DNA of 64,000 nucleotides from Schizochytrium sp. TIO01 (Eukaryota; Protista; Bigyra: Labyrinthulomycetes), in NCBI GenBank assembly GCA_004764695.1, contig SMSO01000032.1, positions 3,100,001 to 3,164,000 of the forward strand, written 5' to 3'. Each line of letters begins with the position of its first letter. Within the stretch, counting starts at the first letter, position 1. Positions 11,328-23,311 of this stretch are shown piece after piece. A model generated the notes under the pieces. It made no database searches. It was not told where the DNA came from and saw nothing but the letters and a program-made list of their open reading frames with translations. Position numbers and translations under genes: made by a program.

Positions 11328-14300
11328 GTTCAACAATCACAGCTGATGTGAGAAATTCAAACCCGTCTTGCCTCCAGTCTAGATAGAACAACAGTGACCT
11401 CAAAGAGATTGCAGCTCAACTTATAGCTATAGACTTGCTAGAAGCCAAGGAGTGTAAGGCTTGGAAGGACACCGGCGGTCAGACGACGGTGTTCTTATCC
11501 TGCTTTACACGGTCTGCGATGCGTCGTTCTATGTGAGATGGCCAGAACTGTTGTTGTGAGAGATGGGTAATGTGCTTGAATCAGATGGAGCAATTTAAGA
11601 CGTGCTCAAACACTGCTATTGGTACAGAAAGAAAAGCGAGGTGATGAAGCGGAGAGCTAGTGTGGAGCAAGAGCTTCGTTCTACCTTGCCGCAGATCCTC
11701 AAACTGAATGGAGTCCTCAAACAAGTCGTTAAGCTGCTGTCTTTGCGATCAAGTGTTTGTAGTTTTGCTTGGGTAAGGCTTTCTTCCCTATTCTATTCTT
11801 TTTTATTGAAAACTTATTGCCACTGAAAGTTCAAAGGAGAGAAATAAAAGTGATAAAAGCCCTTTTGGCTTAAATTTCTTTCCGAGACAATTATGAAAAT
11901 GATGATCACAAGTACTCCGTGCAGTGCATTGCTTTCATATATTTCAATTAAAAAGTATCTACTTAGTAGCTAGGTATTCTGAAAGGGTAAGTGAAAATGG
12001 ATCAATCTAGGACAAAACAATGCAAGAGAAAAATATGAAGTCCCACGCAGGCTCTCTGTTTTTATTTATTTATAAAATCCAACTAATGTAGTAGCTAGGA
12101 AGGTACTAGTGCCCATAAGACCTTCATCATGAACCCCTTCCCCCAAAGCGCCAAAAGGAAATAAGAAGGAAATGGTTTTATTTAGTCTATCGAAAACAAG
12201 TCTCACTTATCAACTATTATTCCTCGTAATTTCACATCCGCAAAAACCCAAATTAAAGAGTTTCACTGATTAGAATAAATCCAGTGTACCTCAGAGAATG
12301 ACGCAAAGCTAGTTCATGTTAGCTGAGGAATCCCAAAGTGGGCGGACCGGTTACGTTGTTAGCATCGTGTGGAGTCTATTTTTTATCATCGGATGGGTAG
12401 TTAGTTGCATGAAAATTAGAATGTCTGATAATAGCTAGGGTCTAATTCATTGCAAAATTCATTATTATTTCGTTTCTCTTTGCTTTGCTTTTTTCAAATT
12501 CATTTCCGTCTTCCTAGAAGCAAAGGAAAATGAACGTAGGAGGAATTAGCTTCGTTACTGTGGCAGGCGGATTGCATGACCAATACATGGGGTTAACACT
12601 GGAGTGCCATCAAGTTGGTATAAAGGATGCAGGTTCTTGGAAATATAGTGTATTGCCATGTTCTATCGTGTCATCGTGACTCGTTAGAGAGTCTCGAAAC
12701 GGAAAGAAAGAGCAGAGTCAATAGCAGCGCGGCAACCAAATTTATTAAACGGCTTTCACAGGATATGTACAGTATAGAAAAATAAAATAAAATGAGAAAT
12801 ATCATATTTATATTTAAATAAAGAAGAAAGAAAAAAAGAAGAAGAAAAGAGGATTCTTCAGAACAAGAAATCAAAACTGTAGTTGAGTGTTCATCCACTC
12901 ATCGGATATTTGGAAGCTACTGTCCAACTTGCCTTAGCTATGTTGTTCTGCTTATGATATACGGTAAATGTGAGGTGTGCCGCGGCGCAAGGGCCTGCAG
13001 AGCTAACAGGACACCAGCTAAACACTGACGTTGGTCTCTCAATAAACCCAGGCTTGTTATTTTGAAGGCGAAGGAGCATGCAGGACTTTCTGTTGCATTC
13101 CATCCACCAGGCCATAAATTTACATACGGATACTGGTTTGAGAGGGCGTCAGCGGCGCGGATGTATCGCCTTGAAATGCACGTATCTTGACTGTGAATGT
13201 TTTCAATCCTGATCCTTGGGGAGCACCACAACACCCCGCCACTGTGGATGCATGGACAATGTGTTTTAGCTAAGATCATGGGTAACTAACTATATAATAC
13301 GAATTTTAAAATTGAAAAAACAAACTTATCCTAGCTGAAGAACTGACAGGAGTTCTAAAAGTCAAGCTCAATGACGCCTATTCTTTAATTAAATTAAAAA
13401 GAAAAATTACTAATAAATAATGTTTTCCAGGCGTATATTAAAATATTATTTATAAAGTAGTACCTACCCAGTTTCATTAGTTAGAGTAACTGATTCAAAC
13501 ATAAATAGATAATCCTTCTAACCAAATTAGTGATTGCTTTGGCTTGAGTTTATAACCCAGTACCTCTGTGAGAGTGTTCTCAAATTGTAATCATCAGTTT
13601 TGATTAACACGACTATACTCTCTTCAGGCTTTGTGAGGTAAAATGATTTTATTGGGGTTTTGCTGTTGTGGTACGAGCACATTGCAGAGAAAACACGGTC
13701 AATTTACGCTGGGGTATGGCCAACCATGATAGTATACAGTCACTAGTATACAGTAACTACATGCATGGAGGTTAAAAACAAACCAGAGAATAGGATAAAG
13801 GTTAACAGTGGCGAAGAAGGTTTTGCTGGCGTGAAAAACTTCATCCCTCATGATTGGTAAAAGTGAAGTTACTGTTTTACTGAATTAGAAAGGAGACTCA
13901 TCAATTGTCCAAGGATATATATATATATATATGTTGTTCTATGGGCACGTTCGAGGAGTCCAGGAAAATTTTCGACATATTTCCCTAGCTAGTTTTGGAA
14001 TCCATTTTGCTTAATAAAACTTTTCTAAGTATAACAGAATAAATACTAGGATGGTAAGAAGATTTTCTCAAATCTATATATGCTAAATACCAGGTAAATG
14101 AATGAGGTGGTCTAGAAGCTTTTTGTTGGCAAAGCAAAGCGGAGGATAAGGTTCAACTCTCCACTCTGTATAACCGTTTTCACGAATAGGGTTCCACTGT
14201 AACCAACAGTCCGTTCTTGTTTTTCTTTTGAAAAAATCCGTTACGAACTGGTCAGGTCATATTCCCCCCAAAAGGAGAAGACTCGAAGATGTTGTAGATA

Positions 14301-15337
14301 TATTTATTGACATAACAAAGAAAGTTAAATCAAACGCGTTCATATATCATGGTCTAGCTCTCAGTATGGAGTTGCAATAGAATCATAAAGCAACAAAATG
14401 CTTGTCTCTTCATAAACAAGTTTTGATGATCATTTCTATGTCCAACCTGAAATCAATCAAATTAATAACTAGGTTGCTCGCTGCAATACCATCGTTGAGT
14501 TGGAAAAAACTTCAATTGAATATTCTCTTCGAGTCTTTAGTAATGACGTCAATCCCTGATAAAATCGTGCTTGGACAGAGTTCTTCGTTGTTCACGACCC
14601 CTTCTTATACAAAGGCATTATCATACAAACTCTGTGAAATAGCGGAAATCTTGCGATAAAAATATAAATCATGACATGGTGTTCACATCTTGTCACCCCT
14701 CATCCCATTTGGGAAAACATCTTGAAGTATAAACAGAACAAGACTGGTGGATTCCAAAGGTCAAGGTTGGCTACTTGCTAGCTTTTGTTTTAAAATTCTG
14801 GATATGTAAAAGAACTTAACAAAAGTGAAGTGCCAGTGCGCTTTGCGATCCTATATCTTCACTTTGCAGTGCTTAGCGTTCGTTATATTAGGTCTAACTC
14901 TATTCACTCTCACTGTAGAAACTTGAGCCTTTAACAAGCTAAATTTCGATTATAAAACAACCAGGGATGCGCTGTGTTTTGCTGCGATTTACATCCTGTA
15001 AGACATATATACTAGGCTAAGGATTCTGGTCACGGTCATTCAGCGCGGGTACTTCAAATAAAAAATCTGTGTTCAGACCTTGATGCGAACAAATGAGTGA
15101 AAAACGACAACCTTATAAGAGGTGACAATTACTCCGCTTAGTGTAAGCTTTGAATAGGGGTGTTAACACCTCATCAAACCGGCATAACTTGACAATTTTC
15201 GTGTACAGGCATTCTTCTTTTTTCAAAACAGAACATGATGCAAAATATGGGCAGAGCATTCTAAGCTCCGGCGAAACCTCGCTTTCAACACAGCTCGACG
15301 TGACTTTATTTCCATCCAAGGAAATGCCATTGTCACT

Positions 15338-16249
15338 CTAGTTCAAATCAGTCGTGGATGAGTGTTTCATGGCCCTCTTAGTTAGTTCGTACGTGCAAAA
15401 TGTAATCGCTGAAGAAGGCATAACACGTAACAAGTTAGGAATCATACCACGATATAACGCGTAGGTGCCTTGAGATTGAACAATACGGGTGAATGTGTTA
15501 AATGTACTCGTATATGTAGATTTGTGTTGCTGCATGCGACTTTTCACGACTTGATAAGGGTACGTCACAATTGAAGCAACTGATTTTGACGCAGCCCCCA
15601 ATAACATATAATCGATGCCTGAGAGCTTGCGGTCACCCATGCAGTGTTTGAGTTCTTCGTAAACCATAAACTGGAAACCTCCATTGGAGACAAGAATCAA
15701 GGCAGGGATAATTCCTCTATAGAGTCCCATGACACCTTCTTCCCGAACAATCGTGGTAAAAGCATGGGTAAATCCACGATAATATTCATTTCCAGGAGTT
15801 TGCAACTCTAATCGTGTCTTGACAAGCCAAACGGGGTTGGTAAATAGCGTGGTCAAAGATCCAGCTAACGCACTAGTACCAAGGTACTGCCACGGGCTAA
15901 GTCGCTCCCCAGGTGCAAGGGATTGGCTTGCTAGGCCCTTGAATTGTTCATAAAAGTAAAAGTAAAACCCCCATGAGGCACTTGATCCCACAACTGCAGG
16001 CACCAAGCCTCGGTAGAGGCCTCGAAAACCATCTTCATGTTGAATCTGCCGTGTTGTTAAAATTGTGCTTTCTACAGCGCGGGTGGCCCCCCTTAGACGT
16101 GCTTGCAGGCGTTCTTTGAAAGTGCCACGTTGACTTGTTTCGTCAACCTGAAAGCGAGTCTTGATCAAGTCTAAAGGATGTAAAGCGACAGTTGTAGCAA
16201 ACCCTGCAAAGAGACCACTTGTAAAGGCAATTGTACCGTCCCCCCCCAT
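15338..16249 (-). CDS. Mitochondrial carrier (SLC25), folate/FAD transporter-like, 303 aa
   Basis: Three carrier signature motifs: HPLDLIKTRFQ, NPVWLVKTRLE, YPYQVVKSRMQ; the W in repeat 2 and SASWGFYFYFY are typical of the SLC25A32/FLX1 group. Confidence 0.93.
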   Translation of the reverse strand: MGGDGTIAFTSGLFAGFATTVALHPLDLIKTRFQVDETSQRGTFKERLQARLRGATRAVESTILTTRQIQHEDGFRGLYRGLVPAVVGSSASWGFYFYFYEQFKGLASQSLAPGERLSPWQYLGTSALAGSLTTLFTNPVWLVKTRLELQTPGNEYYRGFTHAFTTIVREEGVMGLYRGIIPALILVSNGGFQFMVYEELKHCMGDRKLSGIDYMLLGAASKSVASIVTYPYQVVKSRMQQHKSTYTSTFNTFTRIVQSQGTYALYRGMIPNLLRVMPSSAITFCTYELTKRAMKHSSTTDLN

Positions 16250-18560
16250 TTTGTATTTTCGTATGGACTCTTTTGTTCTCGTAGGACCTCACCTGATGGA
16301 CAGAGAGAGATGTCTTACTCGTGGGATGCCTATTTGAGACAAGTTCCAGGGTCAGTAAAGCAGAGTATAGGGTGCGAAGGCTGTTTTCTTGATGCCTCTA
16401 AAGAGTAACACTGCTACGCAGTTTCCACGGTCCAGGTGCAGCAAAAGAGGTATTGCTGAAAGGACTTTGCTCACGAGATGTCGCTCAAAGCTTGATGTGC
16501 TCTGCTTCACAACCTTCACTTATCTGCTTGGTTGTGGTGACTGAAGTTTGCAGAAGTGTTCGACTACTAGTTTATGACATAGCTAAAATTCGTAGTAATG
16601 CCTTCAAAGCAAGAAGCAAACTTATGTTGAAGAGATTTTGAAAAGGCAAGTGTTCTGCATTGGTGGGCTTCTCCTCTTCTACTAGTCTTCCCGTTACCCT
16701 TGTTTCTGCCCAGCATTGTCTCCATTCTTTTGCAAACACAGGCCTTCTAACCCACCCGTTGGTGTCAAACTCGGATGTAATCAATATATTTTATTTTCAG
16801 GTGCCGGGGTGAATTAGTGCTTCAGAAACCCTCCAACGAGTGTTCTCTTCACGTGCAATGCAAGGCAAAAATTTCTACTTGTGCAAATATTATAATTTTC
16901 CCACCTCTTTTCGTGACACATCGAGTACTAAACAATAAGTTCTCTTCAGGCCTCAGATGGCAGGGTGTCTAATGTGGAGTTCGAAGCACTACGTGGTGTT
17001 ACAATGATGTTGATAAAATCTCCCCCAAATCAGGTTTTCGAGAACACATGAGAGCTTACCTTCAAGTATATTTGTCGTAATGTCAACTACTACTAGTAGG
17101 TAGCGAGAGTGGTAAAAGACAAGGACCTAGATTCCAAAATTATCGATGGTACCAGGCACGTCACAAGGATAGGAGATAAACGCAAAAAGTCATGAGCGAT
17201 TGTTTTGACTTGAGTTTTTCCTAAACTAAAAGAGTTTAACCTGTTTCCTCTGGCTCGTGAGAATGAAGTTAGGTAAACCAAATTGCTTCAACTGTGTCTT
17301 TTGCTACCCGAGGCAAAGAATTGATAAGAGTTATGCCGTCAACAGGATGCATTTTCAAGTTTTAACGCACATAGAAAAAGGGAAAAAGCGGAGGAAAGAA
17401 AAGGAAAAGGAGGACCATCAAGGTAAGCTTTGAGAATCTGTAGCCTGGTATTTCCTTGAAGTCTTTCTATTGTCCTTTTCATCTAGACCAAAAAAAGAAA
17501 AGAAAAGAAAAGAAAAGCTTACCTCGGCACTCTCATCAGTTAAAGGCTGTTCCTACAAATCCTTCTTACTGCAAAATAAGAACTTGATTGAGTTAAAGAA
17601 AAGAAAAGAAAAGAAAAATAGGTTCTCCGCCGTGCTATGAAGTTTTCTTTAGCACTTGAACTACCAGTAAGAGAAGACTACTACGTATGTTGTGATTATT
17701 ACCTTAGGCCTAATAATAGCATATGAAAAATAATACTCAATAAAAAAAGAAAAAAGAAAAAAAAAAGAGCTTTTTGATGCTCTAATCTACTGCGCTTGGA
17801 GGTTGGTAATGAATGAATGGAAAATATTCTTCGGATGGGTATAAGGTCGGTAGCTCTAAATTATTAGTGTAGCATACCATCTTAGGGATTTATGACCTCT
17901 TTTGTAAAGTTTTTTACAACAGGCCTCTCTGACTAATCTTTCGGTGACATACCTATGTAGTCAGAAAGCTACTGGATAATAGTATGGTGTTACCTACCTC
18001 CAAGGAAAATAAATAAATAAAAATAAATAAAGGGGAACTGCATCAGAACGTTCTACGGTCCGTTGAAGTTAAAATAATGTAATATATATTCAGGGTGACT
18101 AGCTCAGCTATCATCATAATTTACTTGCTGGGCCCTAACACAGCATATTTCAAGTTAGGTTTAAAACAGTCCACATGCACAATTTGGACGATTTAAGAAG
18201 TAAATTCAGGAAATAAGAGGAGGGGTCCCAGACAAAAAGGTGATTTCCATCCTTTACAAGTGCTATTGTGAGTTGTTACTTATTCTATTTATTATCGTCA
18301 CGTCACAACATTAATAATATGAAAGTCATTAGGTGCACGCTGACCTATCTAGCTTAGTACCTAGGTAGCTAACAAGGTACAACAAACAAGTCGAGCCTAG
18401 GTACCTGAGTTGGGCAGCAGCAGCAGAGGTTTGGAGAAGTTTTGAAGATAGTCCTTTATAAATTTACTGTCTCAGACAGGCTGCAAGACCTATCTGGGTG
18501 CCAGAGGCCTTTTCTGACCTAAGGCTGTTCTCTTCATCTTAGTTGTCCGTGTGTGAGACT

Positions 18561-21500
18561 ATGGACGCTTTTCTTGATCGTGAGGGCGAGGCGTTGAAGC
18601 AGCTATTTCAACAGTGCAGTTGTGGCTCATGGGCAGCGACCACACCAGAATCCAGAGGAAGTACACCTGAATCCTCACCAAGTGTCCCTCCGTCATCGTC
18701 TTCTACACCCATTTTGCGCTCCAATACGCCAGCTTCATCACATAGTTCACAAAGGGGTAATTCAATCAGTCTCTCGCGGACCTCATCAATCACCTCAGCA
18801 AAACAGTCATTTTGCAGTAAACAGTTGAATGTTACTGACGAAGGAAATGAGAACAACAAACATATGTCTGAGTCAAAGGTTGGGCGCCGGCCTTATATGA
18901 AGGACATTGAAAGCAAACACGAAGAATTTGCACGGGCAGTAATGGAGGGGAGACCAAATTCTGCTAGTGAACCCCGGGCGAGCTTTACTGGGACGTATGC
19001 ACATTTGTTAGCTTACAGTCTACCACGCACTCTCACTAAGCAACTTGTTCGGGATGCTTTCGGCGCGGATCATGTAGAGCTTCCGTTTTGGGAATGGTGT
19101 CAAGCTCTCTCTGTGGTAGCCTCCAAGCTCTACCCAGCATGTAAATCTGAGGTAGCGAGTTTGCAGAGCCTTATTCGAATGGTCAAGTTTGCAAGTCATC
19201 TTTGTCGTAATGTTGAGGATTTTATTCATGCGTTAAGCTGTGTTGGGGTCCTGAATATATCATTTTGCTATTGGGATGCATATCGACTTCACCGACGTTA
19301 TGCATCACGCGGCTTTCGAGGCTTATTGCAAGCATTGCGAGCAACTGCTGCACTGGAAAAGTCCATCCATAATGATTTGTTTGAATTCGCTCAGCGACTT
19401 CTCTATGTAGACAAATCAAAAAAACCAAAGCTTAACTTTGCTACTTTGAGTGAGTTGGATGAACTTTCATCAAGATTTATTGAACTGTATCCTGACTTAG
19501 GACTAGGGTGTACATTTGTGGATTTTGTCGACTACTGTGTGGCTGATGGACTTTTAGAAATACTTTCACAAACGAAAACACCAGCCGAAGTAGAAGCTGC
19601 CCTCAGCCAGCAACACCCGCATCAGGAAGAGTATAGCAAGATTTCGCTTCAAGCTACATACTTTCCTCAAACCCCTCCTTCAACCCCGCCTGCAAGACCA
19701 GATTCCTCCATACAGGATAATAAGAATGTTGAGACTAAAGCTTCGGGCAATCGGAAATTTACTGTGTCGTCGGTGCCTTGTCGTAGTTTCCCATCACAAC
19801 CTCACATTCGCAACCTACAGGTGAGCGTACCAGAAAGCGCTTCCAAGATACATGCAGAATTGCATCCTACACCTCTTGTCCCCGTTGAAACTGCTAATGC
19901 GCGATGGCAGCGCCTTATCATGTCACCTCTTCGAAGAGCATTCGATGAAGGCCCTGACGTGGCGGCTTGGCTTCGGCGTACTGGTGTAAAGCTACCCTTG
20001 GAACAGGCTGAGGACGCTTGGTCCACTTCACATGGTGATTTTAATCGATTTATCAATCACGTTAGCAAAGATTGGGAGTCAGAGATTAACTCAATTCATC
20101 CTGGGAGAATGACTACACTCAGAATGCATGATGAATGCATCCAAACCCAAACTTTTGGTAGAGGCCAGGACCCTTTACAAAGTGCCGATCAACTACATCT
20201 TGAACATTACGAGTCTGATGAAGCAGCATTCCTGTTAGGTGTCTTTAATGCTGGATGTGCATCTTTCGAATCCCGTCATGCGAGCATTCGTCAATCTTCC
20301 TGGGCGAGGCCGATGTTTTATGGGTTTGTTTTAACTTTTGCATCTGGCCCGCTAACTGCTAGTCTTTTACTGCGATCAATAGGAAACCAAACAAAGGATG
20401 GACTAGGTCTTGGGGAGTTTGCCTCAGCCTTGGAAATACTTGCTGTTGAAGGTATTCGCCTAGAACTCCCTCTTTCTCTGAGTGATACAAACATTGCTAA
20501 CTTTCCATTTGCAAGTTTGGTATTCGATCTCGATCTCGCTCTTTGCATCTACTGTCTTGGTGACACACGCATGCAAGCTAATTTAAGATCCTCCCAACCA
20601 GAGAAAAACATTGAAGAAGATTTCCAAGCCTTTGTGTCGACTTGTCGTGAGGTAAATGGCGCATTGCGGATCAGCAGAATTATCGAACAATTTGCTCCTA
20701 TCAAAGATCTGGCTGCTTGGACCGCGCTAGTCACTGCATTTGTCCGGCCATGCGCTGGTGTGGAACCAGGCGTTATGAGCATGTCTTCTATTGTATTCAT
20801 GTATCACTCATTTGCACCTCACGGTAGCGATGTAGAGACTCTCACGGATCTTTTATGTATATTTCTTGATACATTCCCAGATATTGATGTCAAGATGCGG
20901 CGCGAGCTGTTCACTGGTACTGGATGCGTCACTTGCGAGTTTGCAGAGGATGGTGGCGTTTTACCTCACATGTTTCTGGTTCCCCAGGAAGACTTTGAAC
21001 TCTTGGCCAGCTTGGCACCAGATAAGTTAGAGGCCTTGGAAAAGCTTTTAGACCCGCCTCCATTGCTTGAAAATTTGGTAACTACGCAACCTGATCTTGT
21101 GGCATGTTATGTTCATCAATATGGAGGTTCGTCTTCGTCGGAAGCGTCTTGCATTCCCGGGCTTTTACTCTGCGCTACAATCTCCCTAGCTGAACACTCC
21201 AAACAGACTGTGGCTGATATAATTGCGCAGGTGACTGTATCAAATGTCAATATGTATGACTTCTTGTTCAAGCCTGAGGTAGTTCGAATTTTGCAATCGC
21301 AACACCATTGGCCTACATTTACGCAATTTGCAACTCAAGTTTCACGAGAAAGCTCTCACCACGAAAAGAAAATCATACCAATTTTCGAAATGTATCTCTC
21401 CAAGCGAGGGTTTTCGGCTGTGCTTACAAAAATTAATTTAGAGGTTGGGATGGCTGGAAGTCCCGAGAGCCGTGCCATGCTTCAGGTTTTTAAGCAAACT

Positions 21501-21662
21501 CAAGTTCTTGACCGAACCTTTTCTTCAGTAGCACCTTCAGGGAGGATGAATATATCACAATATGAAGAAGCTTTAGCCAGACTTGCCTTCCATGCTGAGT
21601 CAACTACCAAAGCTTGTAACGCTTTGTCAATCTTTAAATGTCTCATTAACCCCTCTTTGTAG
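18561..21662 (+). CDS. Hypothetical protein (~1033 aa), Ser-rich N-terminus, repeated degenerate EF-hand-like helices
   Basis: 3.1-kb uninterrupted ORF, GC higher than flanks; recurring F/Y-x-E-F/W-x2-AL-x2-LA segments. Confidence 0.85.
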   Translation: MDAFLDREGEALKQLFQQCSCGSWAATTPESRGSTPESSPSVPPSSSSTPILRSNTPASSHSSQRGNSISLSRTSSITSAKQSFCSKQLNVTDEGNENNKHMSESKVGRRPYMKDIESKHEEFARAVMEGRPNSASEPRASFTGTYAHLLAYSLPRTLTKQLVRDAFGADHVELPFWEWCQALSVVASKLYPACKSEVASLQSLIRMVKFASHLCRNVEDFIHALSCVGVLNISFCYWDAYRLHRRYASRGFRGLLQALRATAALEKSIHNDLFEFAQRLLYVDKSKKPKLNFATLSELDELSSRFIELYPDLGLGCTFVDFVDYCVADGLLEILSQTKTPAEVEAALSQQHPHQEEYSKISLQATYFPQTPPSTPPARPDSSIQDNKNVETKASGNRKFTVSSVPCRSFPSQPHIRNLQVSVPESASKIHAELHPTPLVPVETANARWQRLIMSPLRRAFDEGPDVAAWLRRTGVKLPLEQAEDAWSTSHGDFNRFINHVSKDWESEINSIHPGRMTTLRMHDECIQTQTFGRGQDPLQSADQLHLEHYESDEAAFLLGVFNAGCASFESRHASIRQSSWARPMFYGFVLTFASGPLTASLLLRSIGNQTKDGLGLGEFASALEILAVEGIRLELPLSLSDTNIANFPFASLVFDLDLALCIYCLGDTRMQANLRSSQPEKNIEEDFQAFVSTCREVNGALRISRIIEQFAPIKDLAAWTALVTAFVRPCAGVEPGVMSMSSIVFMYHSFAPHGSDVETLTDLLCIFLDTFPDIDVKMRRELFTGTGCVTCEFAEDGGVLPHMFLVPQEDFELLASLAPDKLEALEKLLDPPPLLENLVTTQPDLVACYVHQYGGSSSSEASCIPGLLLCATISLAEHSKQTVADIIAQVTVSNVNMYDFLFKPEVVRILQSQHHWPTFTQFATQVSRESSHHEKKIIPIFEMYLSKRGFSAVLTKINLEVGMAGSPESRAMLQVFKQTQVLDRTFSSVAPSGRMNISQYEEALARLAFHAESTTKACNALSIFKCLINPSL

Positions 21663-22043
21663 GAGTGCTGCTTTTGTTATTTGAAAACGCGAAACTTATG
21701 CCATGCGAGCGCGATACTGCTAATGAGTGTAGAAGGCAGAGACTGATTGAAAACAAATATGAGTTGATGTGTTTGATGCAAGCACCTGGGGCAACATTTC
21801 TCAGTTTCCCCAGTTCTTCAAGTTTGCTTTTCTCAATCAGCTATCAAAGGATGCAAAATGTGCCCGGGTCAAGTAAAATCTTCATTTCTTAACTGTGAAT
21901 ACATTTAACTAGCAGACACTGGTGTATGATGCCTCAGTTCTCATGAGCATGGATATACTTCAAAAAAATATCTTACAATCGACAAGATCTTGTTGAGGGA
22001 GAGTTTCTGTTAGTTTGCAAATTGGCCATCCTATTGACTTTGA

Positions 22044-22133
<90 letters not shown>
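22044..22133. repeat. (AAT)n microsatellite, ~30 units with one AAC variant
   Basis: Directly visible. Confidence 0.98.
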
Positions 22134-22134
<1 letters not shown>

Positions 22135-23013
22135 GAGTTTGCAATGATTGTGCAGTAGGATGGATAATGTACATTGATTGATAATTGTAGCGTTATTGGA
22201 CGACCTTGGTTCTATTCTAGGTTAAGGTTCCACAAAGTTGATGAAGTTGCATAGACGAATTAATCGACTCAACCTTTAGGGCTTGAGTATCTAAATATCA
22301 CCTACTTTGGTAAATTCGGCCAAATCCAGAGAATAGATACATGAACTTTCATGAATTTGCTAAGTCTCTACCTATACCTGTTATTAATACTTGTATTTTA
22401 TCCACGGTAGATACAGGTAATTCCTTGAAAAACTAAAATAGAATAGGCCTCGCCGTGTATAGTTGTTTAATTGTTCAATTGTTTATTCTTCTACTTATTA
22501 TTATTATTATTTCATTCTTGAAGGTAAAAAAAAAATTGCCGGTGGCTAAGATTAATATCATACTTATGAATGTAAAGAATTTGTATTATATTTACAATTA
22601 CAAAATTAGAATGTTCTTTATGGGAATTAGGCTACCTAGCATGGATACATGGATACAGGTTATGCTCTACTAGTACCTCCCATATAGTTCTTTCCCGAGT
22701 TTAAAAAAAAAAACAAAAAACAAAGAATACAAGAACAGAAAAGTTAACTCTTAGTTTTTAAAAACTTCAAATAGAATTCCAGCTGCCTTTTCTCATCATG
22801 ACAAAAATCATGATCCCTTCTAGATCAAAAATAAAACGAGGCTTCATCTGACAACTATATCAAATACAGAGCGCAGATTGTAAAAAACCACGGTATCCTA
22901 TTCCAGATGTAGTGAATAAAAAATGAGATTGTCGCAAATCAAATCTTATGGAGATTCATCAGAACGAGCAGAGTATTCCACATGATAAGGACCTGCATGA
23001 ATAGGATACCAAA

Positions 23014-23100
23014 TTGAGTGATTGTTTTGGTTTGAGTTATTACTCAAGCTGAAAGATTTTAACTTAGTTTCCCTGACTACTAGTAGCGAGAGTGGTAGAA
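23014..23100 (+). repeat. Full-length copy of dispersed ~85-bp double-hairpin element
   Basis: TTGAGTGATTGTTTTGGTTTGAG-TTATTA-CTCAAGCTGAAAGATTTTAACTTAG...GACTACTAGTAGCGAGAGTGGTAGAA; homologous to copies at 17193, 34709, 35272, 35943, 52498, 58138 and others. Confidence 0.85.
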
Positions 23101-23311
23101 AACATGGGTGGTAGTCTTAGCACCCTAGTCCAAACGTAGGGTAGTGATAAAGAGTTTAGTAGTTCCTCTTATGGTGTTGTTCATGGCGTTCAAGGAATGG
23201 AGCTTAAGGGAGCACCGTTGTTGTATAGTTGCAACAAACATAAACCCGATAGTACGCACGCAAGACAACCATTCTTGTGTTGACCGCAGTGCTGGCCAGT
23301 CAGACGCAAGA

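Noticed and set aside
12891-13279. GC-richer patch with 74- and 113-aa ORFs
   Set aside because: No recognisable protein or RNA motif in the frames examined; cannot support a call.
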